Assembly: GCA_010015805.1 (NCBI GenBank)
Contig: ML978130.1
Coordinates: 1 to 64,000 of the forward strand
Origin: Rhizodiscina lignyota
Lineage: Eukaryota
Direction: 5' to 3'
Length of the DNA: 64,000 nt
Of this stretch, positions 63,521-64,000 are shown in pieces. Under the pieces are notes generated by a model that did not search any database, was not told the origin of the DNA, and saw only the letters and a program-made list of their open reading frames with translations. The first letter of the stretch is position 1, and each line of letters begins with the position of its first letter. The position numbers and the translations under genes are program-made.

Positions 63521-64000
63521 CTTGCAGGTGGAGTACGCTCTCAGGGTATTGGATGGGATAAAGTTTAGCTGCAGGTCCCGAATCTACGGTTCTCCTGAAG
63601 AAAGAGCCAGGAGAGACGTTCGATCGCCATCGTCGAGCAATGGAATTCGCTTTATACTCTGCTCGGAAATAGACTGATAAGGGCGGGGACGCGTTCGCAT
63701 CGCTCCAGAACCCAGGCGGGTGGTCACATCCGTCGAGGATCCAGAGTCTCGTCCATGTCTATCCTCGCCATGGTCAGAAAAGTGGTGTTCTTATCTCGCA
63801 AGAGGGGTCAGATAGTATGACAGGCACGAAAGGGAAGCTGTGACTACGACATAATAACCGTGATCCGCCAGGACGGTCAGGAATCCAAGGCAGCGCACGG
63901 AGAAAGTGTGGCAAGCAAATGTGATGCGGACGGCAGAATTGGAATCCAAGGAGGTGAGGCTGACACGTGGAGTCTAACATGAAAAGGGCAATTCTGTCCT

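Overview
Left end of a filamentous ascomycete (Pezizomycotina-type) chromosome. Bases 1-95 are a (CCCTAA)n telomere. About 96-15240 is a subtelomere heavily mutated by repeat-induced point mutation (RIP): a relic ORF that runs into the telomere, two head-to-tail relics of a telomere-linked RecQ helicase, and short direct repeats. The rest is gene-rich accessory DNA with many intron-containing genes and several pseudogenes. (i) 15-30 kb: an arginase-like enzyme, a 3-hydroxyacyl-CoA dehydrogenase, three UstYa/DUF3328 oxidase genes (all damaged or atypical, not evident from the ORF track), a CYP52-clan P450, a thioesterase, an MFS exporter and a homologue of the mycobacterial phosphopantetheinyl hydrolase PptH. 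No core synthase or RiPP precursor is visible. (ii) 31-39 kb: a probably myristoylated 22-mer-repeat helical protein, a hotdog thioesterase, two HET-domain relics and an MFS pseudogene. (iii) 39-46 kb: the best candidate for an undescribed system, a compact cluster of a cellulose-synthase-like GT2, UDP-xylose synthase, an AT3 O-acyltransferase and a sulfotransferase-like gene. (iv) 46-64 kb: a catabolic island with ADH, SSADH, an FAD monooxygenase, a TcuA-like pseudogene, a Gfo/Idh/MocA enzyme, a PTH11-like receptor, a PcaB/Tad1-like lyase and an MFS. Gene models were assembled by eye and family calls come from motif recognition; no database searches were run.
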